Assembly: GCA_963737265.1 (NCBI GenBank)
Contig: CAVTRY010000007.1
Span: forward strand, 288,001-352,000
From: an uncultured delta proteobacterium
GTDB lineage: Bacteria > Myxococcota_A > Polyangia > Fen-1088
DNA length: 64,000 nt
Reading direction: 5' to 3'
The position numbers were made by a program, and so were the translations under genes. The notes below the pieces were generated by a model. The model was not told the origin of the DNA, did not search any database, and was given only the letters and a program-made list of their open reading frames with translations. Shown here one piece after another: positions 53,092 through 64,000 of the stretch. Positions within the stretch are counted from its first letter, which is position 1; each line of letters opens with the position of its first letter.

Positions 53092-54546
53092 CTACATGTG
53101 GTTGAGCCCGAGCGGGATCCGAACGGTGAGCTTGGTGCCTTGCCCGGGTTCGCCCTTCACGGTGAGGGTGCCGCCCAGCATGGCGACGCGTTCCTTCATG
53201 CCGAGTAGCCCGAGCGATCCATGGCGCCGAATTTCTTCCTCGGTGATGCCGCGACCGTCGTCCTTCACGGCGAGCGACAGACGCGTGTCGGAGCATTCGA
53301 CCTGAATGTCGACATGGGCGGCGCTGGCGTGCCGGGTGACGTTGGTCAGCGCTTCTTGGCAGATACGAAAAAGCGGCGTGGCCAAATTGGACGGCAGCAC
53401 AAGCTCTTCCGGCACTTGCACGGCACACGGGACGTGAGTTCGGGTTTCGAAATCGTGCGCCAGCCATTCCACCGCCGCGCCGAGGCCGAGATCGTCGAGG
53501 ATGCTCGGGCGCAGCTCGGAGGAAATACGTCGCACGCAGCGGATGGTGTCCTTGACCAGCTCGACGAGAGCCGCCACGCGCGCACCGGCTTCCTTGTTGT
53601 TGGGATCGATCTGTTTGTCGAGGAAGGCGAGATCCATCCCCATGCAGGTGAGCGACTGGCCGAGCTCGTCGTGAATCTCGCGCGCGATGCGCACGCGTTC
53701 CTGCTCGCGCACGGATTCGAGGTGCGCGGTGAGCGCACGCAGCTGCTCGCGGAAACGGCGCTGTTCTTCTTCAAGCTGCCGGCGCTCGGTGACGTCGTGG
53801 GCAAAACCCGTGGTTCCGATCACCTTGCCCAAGGCGTCGACCACCGGCGACTTGAAGGTCTCCGACCAGCGCCGCTCGCCCCCGACCGGGATCTCCTCTT
53901 CCACAAGCTTCTGCTGGCGCGTGCGCATGACTTCGCGGTCGTCGGCGACGTAGGCGGCGGCGAGCTCGCGCGGCCAGACGGCGAAGTCGTCCAACCCGAC
54001 GAGCTCGCCGGGGTGCGCCTTTTCGGCCGCTTTGGCGAAGGGCTGATTCACGACGATGAATTTGCCCTCGGTGTCCTTGAACCAGACCATGTAGGGGAAG
54101 TTGTCGAGCACGCTGCGCAGGTAGGCCTCGCGCAGGGCCAGCCCCTCCTGGGCCTGGCGGCGCTCGCTGACGTCGCGGACGATTCCCACCACCGCCGCGA
54201 TGGTTCCCGTCGGATCGCGAAAGGGAACCAGGCGCGTATCGATCCACACCGGCCGGGTGTGCAGGTCCTGCTGATTCTCGGTGAAGACGGCCTCGCCGGT
54301 GCGGAAGACGTGCTGGATGGCCTGGCTGTGGCGAGCGGCGAGGGCGGGAGAAAAAAGATCGGCCTGCTTGCGTCCGACCAAATCCGCCGGCGCCCGGCCG
54401 AGGGCCCGGGCTGCGACCGCGTTCACGAAGAGAACGGTCTCGTCGGGATCCACGACGAACACCATGTCCGGGAAGATCTCGAACACCGAGGACAGTCCGA
54501 GACCGTTCTGGGTGAGAAGTCGCTCGATTTGGGAAATGTCCACCAT
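53092..54546 (-). CDS. PAS-PAS sensor histidine kinase (HisKA_3)
   Basis: Two PAS/PAC domains, 'ERVRIAREIHDELGQ', 'QEALTN', 'DDGRG'. Confidence 0.92.
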   Translation of the reverse strand: MVDISQIERLLTQNGLGLSSVFEIFPDMVFVVDPDETVLFVNAVAARALGRAPADLVGRKQADLFSPALAARHSQAIQHVFRTGEAVFTENQQDLHTRPVWIDTRLVPFRDPTGTIAAVVGIVRDVSERRQAQEGLALREAYLRSVLDNFPYMVWFKDTEGKFIVVNQPFAKAAEKAHPGELVGLDDFAVWPRELAAAYVADDREVMRTRQQKLVEEEIPVGGERRWSETFKSPVVDALGKVIGTTGFAHDVTERRQLEEEQRRFREQLRALTAHLESVREQERVRIAREIHDELGQSLTCMGMDLAFLDKQIDPNNKEAGARVAALVELVKDTIRCVRRISSELRPSILDDLGLGAAVEWLAHDFETRTHVPCAVQVPEELVLPSNLATPLFRICQEALTNVTRHASAAHVDIQVECSDTRLSLAVKDDGRGITEEEIRRHGSLGLLGMKERVAMLGGTLTVKGEPGQGTKLTVRIPLGLNHM

Positions 54547-54628
54547 GGCGCCCCCGCAGCGGCATTGTACCCACTCGCGGGAGGCGGTGTTACGAAATGG
54601 ATGCTCGCGTGCTAGGGTTTGCGCGATC

Positions 54629-55940
54629 ATGAAAATCGCCGTTATCGGAACCGGGTACGTGGGCCTCGTCGCTGGGGCCGGTTTTTCGGACATGGGCAGC
54701 GACGTCGCGTGCGCGGACATCGACGCAGGCAAGATTGCCATGCTCCAACGCGGCGAGATCCCTATCTACGAACCGGGCCTCGACAAGCTCATCGCGCACA
54801 ACGTGAAGGAGGGCCGTCTGTCCTTCACCACCGACGTTTCGGCCGCGGTGGCGGGCGCCGAAGTTATCTTCCTCGCCGTGGGCACGCCGCCCAGGGCAGA
54901 CGGCTCGGCCGATCTTAGCTACATCTTGCAGGCTGCGGAGACCGCGGCGCTTGCGCTTACCGGGTGGGCGGTCATCGTGACCAAATCCACCGTGCCGGTG
55001 GGCACCGGGGACAAGATCGAGGAAATCGCGCGCAAGCACGGACGTTGCGAATGCGCCGTAGCGTCCAATCCCGAGTTCCTCAAGGAAGGCGACGCCGTCA
55101 CCGACTTTCTGAAACCCGACCGGGTCATCGTGGGCACCAGCGACGCACGCGCCATTGCCACGTTGCAGGCGCTCTATGCCCCGTTCACGCGTTCGAGCGA
55201 TCGCATGCTGGTCATGGATCGCCGCTCGGCCGAGCTGACCAAGTACGCCGCCAATTCCATGCTGGCCACGCGCATTTCGTTCATGAACGACCTCGCCAAC
55301 CTGTGCGATGTCGTCGGCGCCGACATCGAGCTCGTGCGCAAGGGCATGGGCTCGGACGTGCGCATCGGCACCAAGTTCCTGTACGCCGGCGTCGGCTTCG
55401 GCGGAAGCTGCTTTCCCAAAGATCTGCGTGCCGCCATCAACACCGGCAAGGAAGCCGGCGTGCCACTTCGGGTTCTCGACGCAGTGGTGGCATCGAACGA
55501 GGGGCAGAAGCATCGTTTGGGCGAAGACATCCGGCGCTATTTTCACGGCAGCCTGGCCGGCAAGCGCATTGCCCTGTGGGGCTTGGCGTTCAAGCCGGGC
55601 ACCGACGATGTGCGCGAAGCGGCCGCGCTGGTCTTGGCCGAGGATCTGCTGGCCGCGGGTGCCGAGGTGGTGGTGACGGATCCAGTGGCGATCCCCACCG
55701 CGAAGAAGGTCTTGGGCGAGCGCGTGCGCTACGTGGATTTCGAACTACGCGTGCGCCGAGGGCGCCGATGCGCTCGCCCTCGTCACCGAATGGCGCGATT
55801 ATCGCCGCCCCAACTTCGAGCGCCTGGCAGGCATCATGCGCGGTAAGGTGGTGTTCGACGGCCGCAACATCTGGGAGCCGGCCGACGTCCGCGCCGCCGG
55901 CCTCACCTACTTCGGCATCGGCCGCGGCGCAAGGCCGTAG
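54629..55940 (+). CDS. ugd: UDP-glucose 6-dehydrogenase; apparent frameshift at ~55738
   Basis: 'GTGYVGL', 'SNPEFLKEG', 'GFGGSCFPKD'; C-terminus 'ALVTEW...FDGRN' in a shifted frame. Confidence 0.9.
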
Positions 55941-55971
55941 CTACAGACGCGTTAGCCATGCCGCGCGGGAT

Positions 55972-56181
55972 CTAGAGCCACGTAAAGGGCACGCCAAGCA
56001 GCTTGTCCGCGAAGATGCGCGGGGATTGGTCGTTGGTGGTGACCAATCCCAAGCGCGCGCTGTGCTCGGCCACGAAGTCGCGAAGCCCGCGCAACGCACG
56101 TGGATTCACAAAGGACGTGCGCTTGATCTCGATGGCGACGCGCCCGAAATCCCCCTCGATGTCAAGGTCGAGCTCGGCCAA
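55972..56181 (-). pseudogene. DUF4143 C-terminal fragment
   Basis: 'ELDLDIE..VAIEIK', similar to the tail of 24275-25423. Confidence 0.5.
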
Positions 56182-56235
56182 GCCGAAACCGAAATACCTC
56201 GTTGGCCGGATCGGAAAGTGCTCGCGCGCCAGGAG

Positions 56236-56703
56236 CTAGGGCTCGCGCGAACGAGACCGCACGAGCCGGGTGGCTTCGAGCGCGGGAAGCTGAGCGAGAT
56301 CCTTTGCACGTCGAGTGGCGCGCTTGCTGGCGATCACGCGATCGAGGGACAAGATTCGCACCTTCACGCCGTCGACCTCCCGCTCAAGTGCACCGGCGTA
56401 CTCTATCTCGAAGGGTTCCAGCCCGTGGGCCGTAAGAACGATATCAAGCCTGTCCAAGCCCACGCCCCCGAAGGCGGGCGGTTGCATCCCGAATCCGTTG
56501 ATCAAGAATCCGCCTGCATCGACTGCCGCCGACTTGACCGCTTCGCTTTTCCAGTCCTCGAACCACAAATCGATGTCTTGGGTCGCGAAGGGCGCGCCCT
56601 CGAGTACGGCAGCGCCCATCCCAACCAGAATGAACCTCACGTCCCTGTGCAACAGGGCCGCTAATAGCGCCCTTTCAGCGGGCGTGAGCGCGAAGGTTTC
56701 CAC
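56236..56703 (-). CDS. nucleotidyltransferase-like protein
   Basis: 'VGMGAAVLEG...TQDIDL', 'IASKRATRRAKD'. Confidence 0.7.
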   Translation of the reverse strand: METFALTPAERALLAALLHRDVRFILVGMGAAVLEGAPFATQDIDLWFEDWKSEAVKSAAVDAGGFLINGFGMQPPAFGGVGLDRLDIVLTAHGLEPFEIEYAGALEREVDGVKVRILSLDRVIASKRATRRAKDLAQLPALEATRLVRSRSREP

Positions 56704-56920
56704 GAGCCAATCCCCTGCGCAGCCGCTCTGTCGGGGTCAAATCAAGGCACTGAAGTGCGTGGTAGACGTCACCAACGTCGACGCCGGGCGCGTCGCTAGC
56801 GATCTCGTGGGCACGGCGCCACATTGCCTCCGAGCGGAGTGCCCAAGCGCGCTGCTCTGCCGTGAGGCCGGCCGGCACCTCAAGGGAATCTGCAACGACA
56901 TCTGGCGTTACACCTGCCAT
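56675..56920 (-). CDS. small partner protein of the nucleotidyltransferase (TA-like pair)
   Basis: 81 aa, overlaps the downstream gene; 'LDLTPTERLR'. Confidence 0.5.
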   Translation of the reverse strand: MAGVTPDVVADSLEVPAGLTAEQRAWALRSEAMWRRAHEIASDAPGVDVGDVYHALQCLDLTPTERLRRGLARGNLRAHAR

Positions 56921-57089
56921 GGCAAGATTATGGCACGAATGCGGGCCAAGAGATCGTGGTTGGCCACGGGGCAATGGACACCACATCGGCCATCGAAATC
57001 TCGCCGAGTGGCAGCTACGAGCCAAACCCGGCGGCGTGGGCTAACCAATAGGCCCTCCCGCGCAGCTTCCGCTATCGACAGCATCGCCA

Positions 57090-57360
57090 CGCGCCGAGGA
57101 ACAGATCGACTATGTGCAGGTTGTCTGGGACGTCATCGCGGCCCATACAGAGGATGTGCCCCTTCCAGGGTGGCATAGGGAAATTCTGAATGCACAGCTG
57201 GCGGAGTATGAGAGGGATCCGGACGAAGGCGCTTCGTGGGAAGAATTCAGGGCTGAGCTTCTGGCCGTAGCCAAGAAACGATGACCAGTCTGATTGTTCG
57301 TCGGGCCGCGCAGCTCGATGTCCGTTCGATCTAGGAATGGTATGAGGTCGAGGAAGTTGT
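57090..57360 (+). pseudogene. degraded addiction module: antitoxin C-terminus plus ParE/RelE N-terminus
   Basis: 'EEQIDYVQVVWD...EGASWEEFR*' (stop 57284), then 'MTSLIVRRAAQLDVRSI*EWYE'. Confidence 0.6.
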
Positions 57361-59428
57361 CCCCGATCATGGTTAGCGCCGACGCGTTGTAAGTCCCGCC
57401 CCAGAGCTTGCCGGCCATCAAGAGCGCGTATGCCGCGTCTTCGTCGGCGTCCGTGGCCGAACCGCCAGAAACCGCGCAAGCTTGCCCGACGCTGCCACCG
57501 CCGCTGCCAAGACACCAGGTCATCAGCGACCCGGCCGTGGCATTCGCTTGCCACGTGCCGTAGAGAGTGTCGAAGAGTGCCTGGTCGTTCATGTTCACGG
57601 CGATGAGCATGCCGTAGGCGATACCCTCGGAAATCGTGTCGTTCTGGAACTCCGGACGAATGACTGTTGCGCCCTTGACGAAGGTGGCCTTCCATTGATT
57701 GTAGGCGGGCACCAAGTACTTCGCCGATGCGCTTGGCCCTTGGGGCAAAAGGCAGCCAACCACACCGACACCCGTGGACAATGGGAAGCCCGTTCGCGTC
57801 TGCAGGCCCGAATCGTCCGTCGTGAATGCCACGTCGTCGATCCACAGGTCATAGGTGCCGGGTGCCGATCCAGCCGGCTTCGGGAAGCCAGGATCTTGAT
57901 ACATAGAAACCTGGATTCCAAGAACGTGAGCCGGATTGAATGCCGGCGCCTGGCACTTCGGAGTTCCACCGGCCGGACAGGTTCCGGCGACCGGAACCCA
58001 ACGGGGTACCAAAGTTCCGAAGGGTACGGTGAGAGTCTGATAGGTGCTTGTGATTCCCCCCCGTGTCCAAGGATCATTCAGCATCTGGCCGCGGTTGTTG
58101 TAGAGGCCAACGGAAGAGTCAGGACCGCCTACTGGACCAAGAAGCCCGCCCTGGGCAGAGGAAATCGTTTCCTGAGTGAGGATCTCGAAATAGACCGCCT
58201 GCTGCGTGCCGCTGCCTGCTTTCATCCTGAACTTGATACCAGCGTACGCACTGGCGTCGTAGGCGTTCCAGCTCTGTTGCGTCTGATCTTTAGGCGAGAA
58301 ACCGGCACCGAATCCAACGTAGTTGTTGATCGTTCCTCCAAAACCAGATCCCGTCGAGTGGAGCGCATACTTGTTGCAAGTACTGGCGTCCGGCGCAGCC
58401 GCCGTCGCGACTGGACCGCTGTTGTTCGCTGCTGGCGTCTGTGTGCCACCGCCCAGCACGGCGCTGGGCGAGCCTGGGTAGTACACGTACCACCAGCCAG
58501 TCCGGGCGGGAGATCCCTGCGGATTCATGTCCGCTTGGCCGGGAGCTGATTCGAAATTGGAGATCATCGTCGGGTCGACAGGGCAGACAATGGTGGCGCC
58601 ACCGGTACCGGTGATCTCGCCGCCACTTGTCGTACCTCCGGTTGCCGTCGTTCCACCGCTAGCTGCTCCGCCAGTGCCCGCGGTGCCACCCATGTTAGTT
58701 GAGCCGCCGCTCGTTGTTCCGCCGCTGGTTGTTGAGGCACCAGTCCCGGTCGTGCCACCAGTGACTGCTCCGCCGCCCGCACTCGTTGTGCCACCGGCAA
58801 TCGTCCTACCGCCTGAAATCACCACGCCGCCTGCGCCCGCAGTGCCGCCTTTGGCGCTCGCGCCGCCGAGTAATGTCGTGCCACCTGACCCGGTCGCGCC
58901 GCCCGCGCCGAACGTTCCACCGCCACCTGGCGCCCCGCCTGCGCCCGTTACGCCGCCCGTGCCCATTACCCCGCCAGCTCCGGATTGGTTTTGGTCTTGG
59001 CCCGTGTCGGCGGTATAGGGCGCATCTGGAATTTGGGTCTGCGGAACATCGACTACCCCGTCGCTTGAAGGTGCGTCCGGATGGGCATTGCCGCTGACAT
59101 CGGAACTGCCGTCCCCTGCGCGAGCGACATCGGTGGTCGTCGGCGCATCGTTGCCACCGTCGCCAGCGAGAAGCGCCGCGATTACGTCCGAAGGGAGACT
59201 GGCCCCACAGCCCGTGCCCTTACAGCACACGCTGACCACTGGAGGCTGCGCAACAGTCTTCGGAAACTGGACCTGCTCGCAGGTGTAGCCAGATGGACAA
59301 TCAGCTTGTGTTTTGCAAATGATGTGGCCATTCGGCACGTTGGGCGAAAAGCTACAGGCGGCAAGAGTCCAGGCGAAGCTCGCGAACGCCAGCCGGCGAA
59401 CCTGAAATCTGGGCATGGTCATCCTCAT
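57360..59428 (-). pseudogene. lipoprotein with Gly/Thr linker, CBM-like domain and truncated GH8 domain
   Basis: Lipobox 'LAAC'; 'YDLWIDDVAF'; GH8 'TISEGIAYGML', 'SATDADED'; cut off at the toxin remnant. Confidence 0.7.
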
Positions 59429-59440
59429 CGGAAAGCGCGA

Positions 59441-60262
59441 CTAGAAAGCCATGTTCAGGCCGGCGCCCGCGCCGCTGGCCATGAATACGGGAAAGACATA
59501 CGTCGATGTTACCCGAGTTTTGTGCGCGGTGGACGTCGTTCCGATCCAGTACAGCACGCTGCCAGAGACAACCGCCGCTGCGCCCACACCGTACGAAATC
59601 CATTGCAGGGTCTCGTAGCGACGGCCGTCCGCGAGCTTTCCGCTGACCGCGGACGCCTGGACCACATCGTTCTTGGTTTGATTAGCGACGTCACTTGCCG
59701 TCTGCTTCACGAGCAGCGTGAACACGACCCCAGTGACCAAGGCCGCGCCCCCGAAAATGCCAACTCCGATTCCGGTATATCGCAAACCGCGTCCGGGCTG
59801 GAGCGGGATGGCTTGCGCGGAGGCGACGGGCACGGTTGTCGTCGCGTTTGACACGGCGCCGCCAGCCGGATGCTCCCGCTGCCGATCGCCTTCGATTTCA
59901 GCGATGTATTTCTTCGCGTCCTTGATATCTTCATCGAGCGCGCCTTGACCCTTGCGCAAAAATTCCTTGAATCTGGACAGGGCGAGGGCAGGCTGAGCGT
60001 TCTGGTGATAGCAGCGTCCCTGGTCGAAAATCCAGATTGGGTCGCCCGAAGCCAGATACAGCTCGGCCAATAGGCGAACGCCCTTCTGGACGTCGCCCGC
60101 CACACAATCTGCTTTCGCCTCGCCCACGCGTGGGTCCTGGCCCGCCTCCTCGGCCCGCGCGACACTCCCCGCAAGCAGGCAACAGACGAGCAGGCAACAT
60201 ACAAGCAAGCCAGGCACTTTCTGCATTCTCTTCCTCACCAGGGCCGGAATACTACCAGACAA
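59441..60262 (-). CDS. exported TPR-like hypothetical protein
   Basis: Signal peptide, 'WIFDQGRCY', C-terminal hydrophobic segments; start uncertain. Confidence 0.6.
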   Translation of the reverse strand: MSGSIPALVRKRMQKVPGLLVCCLLVCCLLAGSVARAEEAGQDPRVGEAKADCVAGDVQKGVRLLAELYLASGDPIWIFDQGRCYHQNAQPALALSRFKEFLRKGQGALDEDIKDAKKYIAEIEGDRQREHPAGGAVSNATTTVPVASAQAIPLQPGRGLRYTGIGVGIFGGAALVTGVVFTLLVKQTASDVANQTKNDVVQASAVSGKLADGRRYETLQWISYGVGAAAVVSGSVLYWIGTTSTAHKTRVTSTYVFPVFMASGAGAGLNMAF

Positions 60263-60559
60263 CCTATCGGCTGCCTACGACACCAGCATCCGGGTGCATC
60301 CGGGGCATCCGGGGGACATCCGAGGTCCGTTGCATGAACCGCGGTTTTGGATCCCTTTGCCGCCTCGTCCCGGGCTGAGAGGTCGCCTCGCGTAGCGAGG
60401 CGGGTGAAGGGCCATGCCGATCAAAACGCTTCGTGATGAACGCCGGCTCGCCGGAAGAGAGCGGAATCAAGCCTGCCTCCGCCGTGCGCAGGCCCGAAGC
60501 TCGCGGTGGTATTGTTTCCGCCGGTGGCGCAGGCGGGGCCGGCGGCGCGCTCGACGCCG

Positions 60560-61010
60560 CCCTGGGACGTCTCGCAGTTGCCGGGACTCTACCCGTGACA
60601 TTTCAATAACGGACGCCACAACGGACAGCGCGGCTGACGTGCCGTTGAACACCCCCGATGCAAGCGGCACATGCCCGACTGGACAGAAGGCGTGTACCTC
60701 ATCCGCCGGTACGAGGTGCATCGCGACGTCAGCCTGTTGCGTGAACGCCGATTGCCCCGGTACCTGCCAGACCTGCAACCCAATCCGCGCCTGTGTCGCG
60801 GCCGTCAGCCAGGACGACCCCAACGGCCGTTGCTCCGGAACCTGCGACACCACAGGCGCGTGCAGGAGCAAGAAAGGCCAGACCTGCCAGACCGTGGCCG
60901 CTGGCTGTGCAAGTGGCACGACATGCTCGGCAGACGGTATTGCTGCGACACCGCTTGCACGGGCTCGTGCCAAGCCTGCGATATCCCTGGCTACCTCGGT
61001 ATTTGTTCTG
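60560..61010 (+). pseudogene. Cys-rich repeat protein fragment
   Basis: Dense Cys pattern with a frameshift near 60935; no clear start. Confidence 0.4.
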
Positions 61011-61699
61011 GCCTCGGCCGTAGCTGACCTCGTCGACGCCGATGATGCGAAACTTGCGATGGAAGCGGCGCTTGACCGCATCCTCGACCCATGACGGCCC
61101 CCGGAGCGGCGGCTACGCCGTTGCCTTCGCAATCACTCGAACGCGCGATGAGCCAATATATTGCTATCGGGCAAACAGACGAATACGCTGAACCCAGGGC
61201 GAGTAGCCAGCCCGGCGGCCAGCCCGTGGGGGCTACTCGATGAAATTGACGTCGTCGACCCAGATCTCGAAGTCGTTAGGTGTTGGTGCGCCACCGACGT
61301 ACGTCGCGTTTACTTGGATGGCCATTCCGGTCAGATGGGCCACATCCAAATTGGATGTCGTAAGGTCCGAAGCACCGTGAAAACCTAGGTTGTACTGGTC
61401 CTGGCGGGTGTCCGCGAAGAAAACGTCAAATCGCTTCCAAGTCGTGTCGATCTGGTAGGCGGCGCCCTGGTAGGCGGGGAAATGCGCGGCATCCGTGCCG
61501 AACTTGACCAGGTACTTGCGGCCAAATCAAGTCGCTTCATCCTCGGCGCGAGCATCTTGCGGGCCCAAGCGAGATGACCGTGGGGAGGCCCGGTCGTCAA
61601 TCTCAGGATTCCAGAGCGAGCGTGCCGGGGTGTGATAGTAGACAAAGGTATGGCGCTCCCGGGCGCATGACGCAGTGGTGCGCGAACGAGTGGCTGGTT

Positions 61700-61975
61700 A
61701 CCACCAGCACGTCGGACGCTTGAGAAGTCGAATGCGCGGTAGACGGACGGCATCAACGGAGCGTAAACATAATGCCTCGTGAGAGCGTATGGCAAATGCT
61801 GAACAAAACTCGTTCAGGATCTCTCGGTTTGCGAGCCACGGGTAGATCGAAGGATTACACTGGGAAGAGTAGATTTCGCCAGGCAAGAGCTTGCATATCT
61901 CGCCGAAGACTTGTTCAGCGCCGCCATAAACTGCTAGCCAATCGCTCACCAGTGCGTAGCGCAGCGAAGGATTGA
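61700..61975 (-). pseudogene. GT4 glycosyltransferase N-terminal fragment
   Basis: 'ALVSDWLAVYGGAEQV', then frameshifted 'YAPLMPSVYRAFDFS'. Confidence 0.55.
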
Positions 61976-62313
61976 GCTTGCGCTCGCAAGTTTGAAGCGA
62001 AATTGCGGCGACATTGATCGGTGCGGTTTGCATGTTGCCGGCACTCCAAACATTGCTCGCGTGCCGTAGTTCATCTTACGGACGGAGGGAGTAACGGCAC
62101 ACTGGTATTAATCAGGGAATTCTCGATCCGAGGACTGAATCCAGTCCAATTACGCTTTCTTGGCTTGCCCAGAGCACCGCTGACGCTCGGGAAGCGGCTG
62201 GTAAGACAGCAGAAATACTAGATAGGTTCGCATCTGACTTGTTTGCCAAGCATTTCTAATGCAACAAGCCCGGTGCGAGGTCCGGCCCATGCCGATTTGG
62301 ACTCCTTTGAGGG

Positions 62314-62975
62314 TCAGGTGATCACTTGGCTGTACGCTTGTCGGCGCGCAATCATTTCCTGGTTGACCTGGTGGAGAGAGAAGCCAGGGTCTGATTGGCG
62401 GCTATGACCGGCGATCCTATATCGAAGATTACCGTCGTCGCGAGACCGTGGTGAAAAAGTGCAACTGGTTTTTGGGTGAACACCGAGACCATTCGCGGAG
62501 ATTGCGGGCCGGCTACGGGCCGGCTCACGGGCATGGACAACACCCCTATAGTCGCCGTGAATCGTTGTAATGTAGTAGCGGACCCCATACTCTTGCAAGA
62601 CCTTCCTCAGTGGGCGCTGTTGCTTGATGTTCTCAAGGAACGGTTTATCCATAACCAAACCTTCCAGTTGAATGAGTGGCGACTTGAGGAGGTAGCCGAC
62701 CGAGCCGGCTCGGTCCCCCATTGCGTACACGCCCGGGTGTGTTTCGGAAAAGCGAGCAATGTCGATAGAAGCATCCGAGATCTCGGGTACTTGGTGCCAA
62801 TCGCGTCTGATGCCGAAGACAAGACAGCATCCCGTGCACGCAACTGCGGAGAGAATGGTCGACCGATTAAGCCAGGCAAAAATCTTGAGATGCACATTCC
62901 AGAAGCAACTGCGAATTGTCCGGAATCAGTGGGTAGGAATACCAGCCCCATAGCGTCGATTCCAGTTGACCTTCG
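62314..62975 (-). pseudogene. C-terminal fragment of a membrane protein
   Basis: 'YAMGDRAGSVGY...IQLEGLVMD'; no start. Confidence 0.4.
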
Positions 62976-63937
62976 CTGAGTCTGAGCCGCCTTACCTCAG
63001 CCCTGCAGCACGACGCTCGACTCTGCGCCTTAACCTGGACGCCATGAGTGATCGACGTTCAGGATCGGAGAGTGTGATGCGGGGCGTGTCCGGTCGGCCC
63101 CAGGTGGTGTGGCGGCTCCGGCGCTCGCCGTTGGTATGGGGAGCCTTGGGTTGGGTGGCCAAGATCTGCGTCGCAATGCTCGCCGTGGTCACCCTCTTCA
63201 CCCTGTTCTTCGTCTGGGCCTTCGGCCATCCGGTGGCGTGGAGCGTCGATCGGGTGCCTGTTCGGCGTGCTTCCCCTGGCCGGGCTCCTGCTCACCATCG
63301 GCGTCGGCCTGCGGGCGGCCGTGGCGGCCGGCCCGGGTCGGATCGCCATCCGGTTCCTCGGCCGGTGGCGCGTCATCGATCTCGGACAGGTGCGGGCCGT
63401 CCGGCTCGCCGACGGCGGATCGTTCCCGGGTTCGGTGGCATTCGGCGCACGAGGTGGGCGGCGGCTTCGGCGGGTTCGGGAGTTTTGGTGCGGGCGGTGG
63501 CTTCGGCGGACCGGGTGGACCCGGTGGACCGAGCGGTGCGGGAACGGGGCGGAGGCGGGCGCGTCGGCGGACGACTCGTGTTCGAGGACGTCAACGGTGG
63601 GCGCGTGCAGATCGGGGTCGACGCGCTCGATGCCGGGCTGGCGGCGGTCGTGCGCGAAGGGCTCGCTCCCGACGCGGTCATCGACGCCGGCGCGGCCATG
63701 CGCTCGGGCGCGGTCGACGATGCCGGTGCCGCACGCTGGAGGTTCCGGTACTGCAGGAGCGAGGATGCTCGATGTTGCGCCTGGACAACCCGGCGGTGCC
63801 GCCGGAACAGGAGAGCGGCCACCGGCCCTAACCTTGGGCCCCATGGCTCCGACGATGCAACGGTCTCCGGACCGAATGACGGCGCCGAACGAGGTGGGCC
63901 CGGACCAGGTGACCGGCAGGGCTCGGGACCGCACGGC

Positions 63938-64000
63938 ATGAAGATCCGCAGCTTCGAGGTCACCGACGGGCCCACCCGTGCGCCGGCCCGGGCCATGCTG
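63938..64000 (+). CDS. ilvD: dihydroxy-acid dehydratase, 5' end (runs off the window)
   Basis: 'MKIRSFEVTDGPTRAPARAML'. Confidence 0.75.
   Translation, partial: MKIRSFEVTDGPTRAPARAML

Noticed and set aside
57282-57288. TGACCAG near the GH8/toxin junction
   Set aside because: It lies at the toxin start codon about 70 bp from the breakpoint; the 7-mer also occurs by chance elsewhere in the window
58527-59018. Repetitive GGC/ACC-rich tract
   Set aside because: It encodes a Gly/Thr low-complexity linker common in myxobacterial lipoproteins
60286-60325. CATCCGGG-like tandem repeat (about 4 copies)
   Set aside because: Too short and degenerate; no associated feature

Overview
GC-rich bacterial window, most consistent with Myxococcota (MYXO-CTERM-like tail, Ser/Thr kinase-AAA protein, Gly/Thr-rich lipoproteins); the taxonomy is an inference. 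Housekeeping blocks (thiol-disulfide cluster, marR-emrAB, hcpR-hcp, sahR-like regulator-metH, guaD/yggS/maf, cysteine desulfurase-thiI, serA, ugd) are interleaved with a dense mobilome. (1) 7557-15707 is a 4-cassette integron fragment with co-oriented, 5'-truncated intI, attI and four attC sites. It carries a UDG-like gene and a type II R-M pair. A class IIC group II intron sits in the TOP strand of one attC, and its predicted EBS1/EBS3 match that site. (2) The array lies between a full emrB and a ~99% identical 1.3-kb 3' copy of emrB and starts exactly at an ISCR/IS91 oriIS end, resembling ISCR1 complex integrons. (3) The same 'full gene - cargo - 3' partial copy' layout recurs at metH with a Fic toxin-antitoxin cargo, and both partial copies begin at the same junction, TGACCAG|C. 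(4) There is also an intact IS21 inside an ISCR transposase, several ISCR remnants, and a 4.0-kb IS1-family element with TIRs and an 8-bp TSD carrying P63C, a small basic protein and an MTase-REase fusion. Single-base frameshifts in hcp, metH, ugd and the MTase may be consensus errors. All calls were made by eye from the sequence and ORF track; no searches were run.
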